Of a stretch of DNA of 38,644 bases, positions 8,819 through 16,817 are shown one piece after another. The notes under the pieces are model-generated. The model made no database searches and had not been told where the DNA came from. It saw only the letters and a program-made list of their open reading frames with translations. Numbering within the stretch: the stretch's first letter is position 1; each line of letters begins with the position of its first letter. Source of the stretch: a virus (lineage: Duplodnaviria > Caudoviricetes); IMG/VR virus record IMGVR_UViG_3300016464_000107, positions 1 through 38,644 of that record; one strand, given 5' to 3'. Made by a program: the position numbers and the translations under genes.

Positions 8819-9302
8819 ACAAATTGCTCCTACATTAGCCACTGCCTTAGGAGGCCCATTGGCTGGCATGGCTGTCACTGCAATCTCTAAGGCTATTGGT
8901 GTTGAACCTGAGAAAGTGGAAGAGGTTATCTCCAGCAACAAGCTGAGTGCAGATCAAGTTGCTCAGATTAAGATGGCAGAGATTGAGCTTCAGAAGCAAG
9001 CACAAGAACTTGGTTTGAATTTTGAGAAGCTGGCTGTTGATGACAGGAAGTCTGCTCGTGAAATGCAAGCAACCACTCGCTCGTTTGTTCCTCCTTTGCT
9101 TGCTGCTTCTGTCACCATTGGTTTCTTTGGCATTCTTGGAATGATGTTAACCGGTAAAGTGGATGCTAACAATCCTGCCTTGATGATGATGCTTGGTTCT
9201 TTAGGCACAGCATGGACTGGAATCATTGCCTACTACTTTGGATCAAGTGCTGGCTCACAGGCTAAAACTGAAATGCTTTCTAAGGCACAGCCAATCAAAT
9301 GA
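8805..9302 (+). CDS. Holin (GTA-type 3TM family-like)
   Basis: APTLATALGGPLAG N-terminus, DRKSAREMQ, two TM helices, YYFGSS motif; coupled to the endolysin. Confidence 0.82.
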   Translation: MDWLKQIAPTLATALGGPLAGMAVTAISKAIGVEPEKVEEVISSNKLSADQVAQIKMAEIELQKQAQELGLNFEKLAVDDRKSAREMQATTRSFVPPLLAASVTIGFFGILGMMLTGKVDANNPALMMMLGSLGTAWTGIIAYYFGSSAGSQAKTEMLSKAQPIK

Positions 9303-9751
9303 ATATTAGTGAAAACTTTACCCTAGAGGAAGCTACCTATAGCGAAACAGCTGTTCGTCTTGGTATTAACAACCAACCAAACGAGAAGCAGCTTGAGAAC
9401 ATGAAGACTGCTGCTGCATGTTTAGAAGAGCTACGCAAGCTGTCAGGCCCATTAAGGATTAACTCATGGCTCAGACTGCCTGAGGTTAATGTGGCTGTTG
9501 GTGGGTCTAAGGCAAGCTCTCACATGGACGGATGGGCAATTGATGTCTCCTCTAGCAAGCACACCCCATATCAACTTTGCCAGCTTGTCAAGCAATCTGG
9601 AATTAAGTTTGATCAAATGATTCACGAATATGGAAGATGGATGCATATATCCTTTGCTCCTGCTTTACGTAAGCAAGAACTAACTATCTTCAAACCTGAG
9701 GGCAAATACAAGCCCGGAATCCTAACTGAATCCCAATACAAAGGAGAATGA
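9299..9751 (+). CDS. Endolysin, peptidase M15A family (Zn)
   Basis: NFTLEE start, INSWLR...N.AVGG...[18 protein letters not shown]...WMHISF. Confidence 0.9.
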   Translation: MNISENFTLEEATYSETAVRLGINNQPNEKQLENMKTAAACLEELRKLSGPLRINSWLRLPEVNVAVGGSKASSHMDGWAIDVSSSKHTPYQLCQLVKQSGIKFDQMIHEYGRWMHISFAPALRKQELTIFKPEGKYKPGILTESQYKGE

Positions 9752-9753
9752 GA

Positions 9754-9927
9754 ATGCCTCTCAAAAAAGGAAGCTCACAGAAAACCATTAGTGCTAACAT
9801 CAAGCGTGAGATGTCCCATGGCAAGCCACAGAAGCAAGCCATCGCAATCGCCCTACAAGCCGCTGGAAAGAGCAAGCAAGGGGGTGGTAAGGGTAAGGCT
9901 AAGAAAACGCCTCAGAAGCCGTATTAA
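9754..9927 (+). CDS. Small basic phage protein (57 aa; below the ORF-track cutoff)
   Basis: [32 protein letters not shown]; AAGGAG upstream. Confidence 0.8.
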   Translation: MPLKKGSSQKTISANIKREMSHGKPQKQAIAIALQAAGKSKQGGGKGKAKKTPQKPY

Positions 9928-9946
9928 TGCGTTCTAGAGGCATATA

Positions 9947-10291
9947 ATGCTACACTCAATTGGCAAGACCCTATCTTCCTCAACAAACACCACCCTGTTC
10001 ACTGTTCCTAATGGGTATGTTGCACACCTGTCTATGTTGTTTATTAGCAACACATCAGGCAGCACTGGCTCTATTACGGTGTATTGGGAACACGCCCATG
10101 ACTCTTCACATAAAGTTTACATTCTGAATGGCAAGAGTTTAAACAGCAAGGACTACATTCAGTTTTCAAATGGCATTGTTGTGATGAAGAGTGGAGACAG
10201 TTTAGTGCTCAATCCAACACAGACAATGGATGTTATAGCTACCTTTGATCTATTACAAGCTCCTCCATTGTATACTTTTAATAATGAATAA
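9947..10291 (+). CDS. Putative structural beta-rich protein
   Basis: 114 aa with a TTLFTVP...FISN...GDSL pattern; GAGG RBS. Confidence 0.6.
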   Translation: MLHSIGKTLSSSTNTTLFTVPNGYVAHLSMLFISNTSGSTGSITVYWEHAHDSSHKVYILNGKSLNSKDYIQFSNGIVVMKSGDSLVLNPTQTMDVIATFDLLQAPPLYTFNNE

Positions 10292-10303
10292 TTAATAAAA
10301 TAC

Positions 10304-10332
10304 TTGACAAAGTATACTTTATATGTTATAAT
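10304..10332 (+). promoter_or_regulatory. sigma70 promoter for the tail/ejection operon
   Basis: TTGACA (10304-10309), 17 bp, TATAAT (10327-10332), extended -10 TG; AAAGTATACTTT palindrome at 10309-10320. Confidence 0.88.
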
Positions 10333-10356
10333 GATAGTAACTTTAAAGGAACATAA

Positions 10357-11019
10357 ATGACTTTCTTAGAACTTGTTAACAAGGTGTTGTTGAGACTCAG
10401 GGAGAGTCCTGTTGCCACTGTGCAAGGGTCTGGGAATAGCAACATGTATGCTCGACTGATTGGTGAGTTTGTTAATGAAGCCAAGGCACAGGTTGAAAGT
10501 GCTTGGGACTGGAGTGCTTTACGCAGCACCCTGTCAGCAACCACCACGGCTGGTGTGTTTAATTATGAATTGAATGGCTCAGGTAACAACTTCAAAGTGT
10601 TAGATGTTATCAATGACACTGACAACTCATTCATGCAATATCGTGACGCCGTTTGGTTTGATGATAAATTCCTGAACTCGTCTCCTCAGTCTGGTGTTCC
10701 TCAATATTACAACTTCAACGGTGTAAGCTCTAGCGACTTGGACACCCTTGTTGACATCTACCCTATTCCTGACGGGGTTTACACGCTAAGGTTTAACGTC
10801 ACTCTGCGTAATGCTCCACTGTCTGTTGACTCTGACAAGCTTTTTATTCCTTCTCGTCCTGTCATTCTGATGGCTACTGCCATGGCTATTGAGGAGCGAG
10901 GGGAGGACGGCGGTCAATCTAGCGTCAACGCATACGCTGCTGCTCGTAGCGCCTTGGCTGATGAGATTGCTCTTGATGCTGCTCGTCATCCTGAAGATAC
11001 AATTTGGTATCCAGTATGA
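10357..11019 (+). CDS. Head-tail adaptor / tail tubular protein A
   Basis: MTFLELVNKVLLRLRE start, WDWS and YPIPDGVYTL motifs; size and position fit. Confidence 0.82.
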   Translation: MTFLELVNKVLLRLRESPVATVQGSGNSNMYARLIGEFVNEAKAQVESAWDWSALRSTLSATTTAGVFNYELNGSGNNFKVLDVINDTDNSFMQYRDAVWFDDKFLNSSPQSGVPQYYNFNGVSSSDLDTLVDIYPIPDGVYTLRFNVTLRNAPLSVDSDKLFIPSRPVILMATAMAIEERGEDGGQSSVNAYAAARSALADEIALDAARHPEDTIWYPV

Positions 11020-12584
11020 AAGAACTTCAAACACAAAGCATTGTAGCTCCTGGCTTCTTTGGGCTTAACACCCAAGAGAGCGGAGTTACTCTGTCTCCCA
11101 ATTTTGCACAGCTTGCTGACAATGTGGTCATTGACAAGTATGGGCGATTGGGCGCTCGTAAAGGCTGGGTGATGCAAACCGCTAGTGGCTCGTCTGCTTT
11201 GTCTGGACAAGCTGTGCGGTTTTTACATGAGCACATCGCTGCCGCTGGTAATTCTGTATATTTGTCTGCTGGTAATAACAAAGTGTTTTCAGGTGGAGTG
11301 GGAGCATCTCTGACCGACATTACTCCTAGCCTTTATACGATTACTAATAATAATTGGAGTGGGGCAACTATTAATGCCCACACAGTGATGGTTCAGGAAG
11401 GTCATGAACCTCTTGTGTATAACAGCACCTCTTCACCTGTCCTTCAGACAATGACGGACTTTACAGGGCTTACACAAAATTATGGAACTGATTACCCTAA
11501 GCACATCATTGCAGCGTATGGTCGTTATTGGGCATTGTCTGGCTCCACTGTATACTGGAGCACTGATATTGCCGATGCTGCCTTTCCTAGTTTTTCTGGG
11601 GGCACATCTGGGTCGCTGAACATTGCTGCTGTATTGCCTAACAATGTGGATGAAAACATCTCCATTGCTGTTCACAACGACTTCCTTGTCATCTTTGCTA
11701 AACAAAATATTGTCCTCTACTCTGGTGCTCGTAACCCAATTGGTACTAGCTTCTTGCTTGCAGACATCATTGCTGGCGTAGGCTGCATAGCAAAGAACAG
11801 CGTACAGGCTACTGGTAATGATTTGATTTTCCTGTCTGACACAGGAGTTCGCAGCTTGTCTCGTCTCATTCAAGAGAAGAGCTTGCCAATGCGTGATCTC
11901 ACTAAGAACATTCGTGATGACTTTTTGAAAGATGTTAACGCAGAGATTGACAACTATGGTAGCCTTGACCATGTGTGCAGCGTATACAGCGAGACAGAGG
12001 CTTTCTATTTGATTAGCTTTCCATCTACCTCCACTGTATATGTGTTGGATATGCGCTCTCCTTTGCAAGATGGATCTGCTCGTTGCACTGTGTGGTATTC
12101 CTTCCCTGCATACAGCTTCTTGCGTGACACCAGTAAGAAACTGTACATTGGAAAGACCAACGGTATTGGCTTGTACAGTGGGTACAAAGATAATAATGTG
12201 AAGTATCGCCTCAGATATTTCTCTCATTACCTTTCGTTTGGTAATAACACAGTAAATAAAATCCTCAAGCAGATTAAAACCACAGTGCTTGGAGGTAGCA
12301 ACCAACAGTTTACCATTAAAGTTGGTTTTGACTACACTGCCTCATATTTGTCCTATCCTTTTACAATTGCTACTGGCTCTATTTCTGAATATGGCGTAGC
12401 AGAGTATGGAGCTAACGCAGCCGTTGTTGCCTATTACTCCGGCGGTGTCGTGATTGATGACCTCAAGAGCAGCGTAGGTGGAAACGGTAATGTGATTCAG
12501 ATTGGGTTTGAAGCAGATGTCAATGGAGATGCGTTGTCGGTTCAATCGATTGACTGCTACCTTAAAACAGGGAGAATTGGATAA
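11016..12584 (+). CDS. Tail nozzle / tubular protein B (packaged-DNA stabilisation protein)
   Basis: About 522 aa beta-rich protein; FFGLNT, G.L.ARKG, GCIAKNSV...DLIFLS motifs; ATGA-coupled to the adaptor. Confidence 0.82.
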   Translation: MKELQTQSIVAPGFFGLNTQESGVTLSPNFAQLADNVVIDKYGRLGARKGWVMQTASGSSALSGQAVRFLHEHIAAAGNSVYLSAGNNKVFSGGVGASLTDITPSLYTITNNNWSGATINAHTVMVQEGHEPLVYNSTSSPVLQTMTDFTGLTQNYGTDYPKHIIAAYGRYWALSGSTVYWSTDIADAAFPSFSGGTSGSLNIAAVLPNNVDENISIAVHNDFLVIFAKQNIVLYSGARNPIGTSFLLADIIAGVGCIAKNSVQATGNDLIFLSDTGVRSLSRLIQEKSLPMRDLTKNIRDDFLKDVNAEIDNYGSLDHVCSVYSETEAFYLISFPSTSTVYVLDMRSPLQDGSARCTVWYSFPAYSFLRDTSKKLYIGKTNGIGLYSGYKDNNVKYRLRYFSHYLSFGNNTVNKILKQIKTTVLGGSNQQFTIKVGFDYTASYLSYPFTIATGSISEYGVAEYGANAAVVAYYSGGVVIDDLKSSVGGNGNVIQIGFEADVNGDALSVQSIDCYLKTGRIG

Positions 12585-13693
12585 TGTCTAACTACACTAA
12601 ATCAACAGACTTTGCAAGCAAGGATGCTTTGCTCACTGGTGATCCTAATAAAATTATCAAAGGCTCTGAGCTTGCTGACGAGTTTGATAACATTCAAACT
12701 GCTGTCAACTCCAAGGCAGATGCTAACAGCCCGACACTGACAGGCACTCCAATTGCTCCAACAGCCTCCACTGGAACCAGCACTACTCAGATTGCTACCA
12801 CTGCTTTTGTCCAAGCTGAATTGGATACTCTTGGGACAATTTCAGCTCAAAATGCAAATAATGTTTTGATTAGTGGTGGAAGCGCTTATGGTGTTTCTTT
12901 TGGCAATGGAAACAATATTCAAGCATTGTTTGAAAAAGCTGTTATTACTGCAAGCGCCCCAACTAGCACTACCAATTTCGATATTCTTACACAATCTGTT
13001 AAATACTACACATCTAATGCAACTACCAATTTTACTTTAAATGTTAGAGGAGCAGAAAGCGCATCAGCAGTGAGCGCTGGCAGTTTTGTTGTTGGGACTT
13101 ATTACACAATTACTGTTGCTGGAAATACTGATTTCACTTTAATTGGTGCAAGTTCTAATGATGTTGGAACTGGTTTTTATGCAACTGGTGTTGGCGCAGG
13201 AACTGGAACTGCAACTGCCGTCACTACGTTAAATAATTTGATGTCCACTGGTAAATCGCTCACAATCGCTTTGCTTGTCACTAACGGAGCTTCTACAAGC
13301 TCGGGCACATACAGCAGGTCTGGAACTACTGTAACGGTGACAATCACAAGTCATGGGCTGGCGACTGGCGACTCGGTTTCTTTGGATTTTTCGGCTGGCA
13401 CTGGTGGCACAGCTACTGATGGAACCTATACCGTGAATGTCTTAGGTGCAAACACTTTTACGGTTACAGACTCAGCAAGCGGAACAATTAGTGGCTCCCC
13501 CAGTGTAACCATGACTGCGCCTTGTTACCCCAACGCCTTGACGATTGACGGTAATGCAGTGACACCCAAATGGCAAAACGGGACGACCCCGACCAGCGGG
13601 TTTACTAGCTCAATCAACGTCTACGTTTACACAATCATCAAGACGGCATCCGCCACGTTCACGGTTCTGGCTTCTCAAACCAAGTTTGACTGA
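12584..13693 (+). CDS. Tail fibre protein 2
   Basis: N-terminal EFDNIQTAVNSK attachment region, SPTLTGTPIAPT...TTQIATTAFV fibre repeat, Thr/Gly-rich beta C-terminus. Confidence 0.82.
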   Translation: MSNYTKSTDFASKDALLTGDPNKIIKGSELADEFDNIQTAVNSKADANSPTLTGTPIAPTASTGTSTTQIATTAFVQAELDTLGTISAQNANNVLISGGSAYGVSFGNGNNIQALFEKAVITASAPTSTTNFDILTQSVKYYTSNATTNFTLNVRGAESASAVSAGSFVVGTYYTITVAGNTDFTLIGASSNDVGTGFYATGVGAGTGTATAVTTLNNLMSTGKSLTIALLVTNGASTSSGTYSRSGTTVTVTITSHGLATGDSVSLDFSAGTGGTATDGTYTVNVLGANTFTVTDSASGTISGSPSVTMTAPCYPNALTIDGNAVTPKWQNGTTPTSGFTSSINVYVYTIIKTASATFTVLASQTKFD

Positions 13694-13695
13694 TC

Positions 13696-14454
13696 ATGCC
13701 CATCATCTCCTCTATCGCATCAGCCTCTGCCCGAGGGTACGGGTTTACTTCTGGGGAGTTTCGTTTCACGATTTCTTCCAACCAGACCGATGCCAACCTT
13801 GCAACTCTGGCGACTTCCGCTGGATGGGATGGTGGCACTCGACTTGTGGCAACCGTCAATGCTGGCGTTTACATCTTGGCAAGCTCGTCCTCCACCCCAG
13901 CCCTGACTGTGAACGGGACTTTCCCGAACGGGGTTGAATTGATCAACAACGGATACATCGTTGGTCATGGCGGTAACGGTGGTAATGGTGGAAGTGGGCA
14001 ACCACAGGCAGGTAGTGCAGGAACTGCTGGCGGTACAGCAATTAGTGTTTCATCTGCATTGACTATCATCAACAATAGCACGATTGCTGGCGGTGGTGGC
14101 GGTGGTGGCGGTGGTGGTGGCTCTAATTACGGAGACTGGTACGGCGGTGGTGGCGGCGGTGGTGGTGCTGGAGGTGCTTCCCCTTACGCAACTGGTGGCT
14201 CTGGTGGTCTTTCTACTGGCCCTGGCACTGGTACATCAGGCCCAGGAGGCACTGCAACCTTGACAACTGGTGGCTCTGGTGGAGCAAGTCAGTATGCTGT
14301 TGGTGGCTCAGGAGGTGGATGGGGTACTGCTGGCTCTAGTGGTGGTGCTGGACAGGCTGGCGGTGGTTCTGGTGGAGCGGCTGGCAAGTATGTCAATGGA
14401 AACAGCTATGTAACATGGGATACAACCGGAACTCGTTTGGGGAATGTGGCTTAA
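13696..14454 (+). CDS. Glycine-rich receptor-binding adhesin (gp38-like polyglycine)
   Basis: Polyglycine blocks GGGGGGG interleaved with variable aromatic loops, I.N.G.I.G.GG.GG motifs; directly follows tail fibre 2. Confidence 0.7.
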   Translation: MPIISSIASASARGYGFTSGEFRFTISSNQTDANLATLATSAGWDGGTRLVATVNAGVYILASSSSTPALTVNGTFPNGVELINNGYIVGHGGNGGNGGSGQPQAGSAGTAGGTAISVSSALTIINNSTIAGGGGGGGGGGGSNYGDWYGGGGGGGGAGGASPYATGGSGGLSTGPGTGTSGPGGTATLTTGGSGGASQYAVGGSGGGWGTAGSSGGAGQAGGGSGGAAGKYVNGNSYVTWDTTGTRLGNVA

Positions 14455-14864
14455 TGGATATTTTATTAAAATCATTTAATGACATTAAAGATTTTGATGA
14501 GATTGCATTGATTCATTGGAAAGAGTTTAACACAAAACAACCAGAATTTAATAAGGCGTACCTATCTTTATTAAATGCTGTTGTAGCAGAGGAAGCAGGT
14601 AAAACGAAAGGATATGTTTTATTTGGAACTTATCCATCACCGTATTATAATGAACAATGGGGTCAGATAGATATGTTCTTTCTAATTCCTGAATATAGGA
14701 ATAAAGGTGTTGGCAAACAAATGTTTAGGTTAGTTGAACAAACACTAAAACAGCAAGGATGTAAAAACATTGTTGCTTCTTTTAATTTAAAACTTCCTCT
14801 AGATAGTTTCTATTCTAACATGGGGTATTCCCAAACACACACTGTAATGGGTAAGGAGATTTAA
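14454..14864 (+). CDS. GNAT-family N-acetyltransferase-like protein
   Basis: FFLIPEYRNKGVGKQM acetyl-CoA motif A and FYSNMGY; TAATG-coupled start. Confidence 0.85.
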   Translation: MDILLKSFNDIKDFDEIALIHWKEFNTKQPEFNKAYLSLLNAVVAEEAGKTKGYVLFGTYPSPYYNEQWGQIDMFFLIPEYRNKGVGKQMFRLVEQTLKQQGCKNIVASFNLKLPLDSFYSNMGYSQTHTVMGKEI

Positions 14865-14865
14865 T

Positions 14866-15834
14866 ATGGCTTTTAGTGCAGCCCTTGTTCTTGGGGGTTC
14901 TAATATAGTTAGTGGGATGATGGCAAGCGATGCCTCTCGTGCAGCAGCAGAAGCACAGCTACAAGCAGGACGAGAAGCTGCTCAGGCACAGCTTGAGAGT
15001 GCTCGTATTGCAGCAGATGCTGCTAGGTTTCGCCCATACAGTCTCACCACTGGCTTTGGTCGTAGCTTTTTCAACCCTGACACACAGACGGCTGGGTATG
15101 AGATTGATCCACGCCTTGCAGCTTTCCGTGATGCTCTGTATGGACAGGCTGGTCAATACATGTCTCAGCTTGGGGCAACTTCTCCAGAGGCTGAAGCACA
15201 GAAATATTATGCCACACAGATGGGCTTGCTTGCTCCCACACGGGCACAGGAAGATGTAGCTGCACGACAGGCTATGCTGGCTTCTGGGCGCATTGGCTTG
15301 GGTGTGGCTCCTGTAGCTGTTGGTGCTGGCGCAGGAGGAGGAGGTATGTTGAATCCTGATGAGTTTGCAAGACAGAGAGCACGAGAGCTTGCTAATGCTC
15401 AGATTGCTGCTCAGAGTACGGATTATGGACAAAGCATGATTGACAAACTCATGTCTCGTGCAACGGGTGCTTTCCAGAGCGGGGCTGGTATTGAAGAACT
15501 GGGAATGAAGCCTCTCACAATGGGGGCTGACATTGGTAACCGACAAGCTGTCTCACAAGGACAACAGGCTCAAGCCCTGCTTTCTGGTGGCATCAACGCT
15601 GCTAGGTCTAACCTAGACGCAGCCGCCGCTGCAAATCAATATCGCTTGGCAGGTGGCCTGGGTATTGCTGGTATGCTACAGCAAGGGGGTCAGACGTTTG
15701 CCCAGCTTATGCAGCAGCAGCCAAGCATGTGGGGCGCTCCTGCTACAACTGGCTATATGCTTGGTGGTGTAAACCCTTCAGTTATTGATGCTGGTTTGTA
15801 CCGAGATACTGGTTATTATGGTGGTGGTATTTAA
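14866..15834 (+). CDS. Internal virion / DNA-ejection protein 1
   Basis: Ala/Gly/Gln-rich helical protein with a hydrophobic N-terminus, following the GNAT gene. Confidence 0.7.
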   Translation: MAFSAALVLGGSNIVSGMMASDASRAAAEAQLQAGREAAQAQLESARIAADAARFRPYSLTTGFGRSFFNPDTQTAGYEIDPRLAAFRDALYGQAGQYMSQLGATSPEAEAQKYYATQMGLLAPTRAQEDVAARQAMLASGRIGLGVAPVAVGAGAGGGGMLNPDEFARQRARELANAQIAAQSTDYGQSMIDKLMSRATGAFQSGAGIEELGMKPLTMGADIGNRQAVSQGQQAQALLSGGINAARSNLDAAAAANQYRLAGGLGIAGMLQQGGQTFAQLMQQQPSMWGAPATTGYMLGGVNPSVIDAGLYRDTGYYGGGI

Positions 15835-15846
15835 TAAGGAACTAAC

Positions 15847-16815
15847 ATGGCAACTTCAGATGTGTTGAGTTTATTTGGCAACATGCCTACGCAGGAGCAG
15901 GTGGCTGATCAGTTTCTGTCTGGCATGATGGTTGGTCCTGGTCAGATGGCACAGCTTTCTTTGCCTCAGCAAATTGTAGCCACCATGCGTAATGCTGGTG
16001 CTGGTATAGGCTACGCTGGTGGTCGCATGCTTGGTGGCGCTACCACTGACATGATTAGAGCGCAGGCTGCTGAACAAATTATGAAAGATATTTCTGCTAT
16101 GAATTTTACTTCAGATGCAGATATGTATAGTGAGCTGTCTCGTAGGTTGGCTCAGGCTGGTATGTCTCAGGATGCCCTCAAGGCACGAGGCATGGCTCTT
16201 GAGGCAAAGCGTACAGAGCAAACCATGCGCCTACAGGAACAGCAAGACAAACGTGCTCAAGAAGAATTGACAATGCGTCAAGAGCTTCATCCTTTGAACA
16301 AGAGCAGGACAGTGCTTGAGATTCAAAAGCTTGAAGACAGCATGAAGCCCATTGAGCAGCAAATTGCAGAAGAGCAAGCCAAGCCTAACCCCAATCAAGA
16401 AAAGATTAAAGGTCTTACTCGTGTCCTTCAAACAGAAAAAGATAAAATTGACATGGAGAAAAAAAAGCTTGATGCACAGCTTAACCATTGGAAAGTGTTG
16501 GAGAAGCAACAAGCATCTACTCTTGAACTTCAGAAAGCAAGGTTTGAGTTGGAGAGCTATTCCAAACCTGCCTATGTCACTATCACTAGTCCTAACCCCA
16601 GTGACCTGGGTAAGAAGGTGAACGTGGGAGTAGGTTGGATTAATCCAAAGACAGGTAAGATTATGGGCCAAGACGGGAACATCTACGACAGCGCAAAAGC
16701 AGCAGCAGAAGCACAAGGTATTACAGCACAAGAACAACCAGTTCGTCCTGGTCCTGTTGCACAACCCCAACAAGGCAGTAATCGTCCTCCTCTTAACTCC
16801 CTTTACAATCAATAA
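15847..16815 (+). CDS. Internal virion / DNA-ejection protein 2
   Basis: Gln/Ala-rich with a long coiled coil; TAAGGA RBS; position fits. Confidence 0.65.
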   Translation: MATSDVLSLFGNMPTQEQVADQFLSGMMVGPGQMAQLSLPQQIVATMRNAGAGIGYAGGRMLGGATTDMIRAQAAEQIMKDISAMNFTSDADMYSELSRRLAQAGMSQDALKARGMALEAKRTEQTMRLQEQQDKRAQEELTMRQELHPLNKSRTVLEIQKLEDSMKPIEQQIAEEQAKPNPNQEKIKGLTRVLQTEKDKIDMEKKKLDAQLNHWKVLEKQQASTLELQKARFELESYSKPAYVTITSPNPSDLGKKVNVGVGWINPKTGKIMGQDGNIYDSAKAAAEAQGITAQEQPVRPGPVAQPQQGSNRPPLNSLYNQ

Positions 16816-16817
16816 GC

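Noticed and set aside
11433-12305. 290-aa antisense ORF, and similar long shadows at 4631-5356, 18222-18908, 2772-3350 and 26618-27190
   Set aside because: They lie opposite well-supported genes, are explained by codon bias, and show no recognisable motifs.
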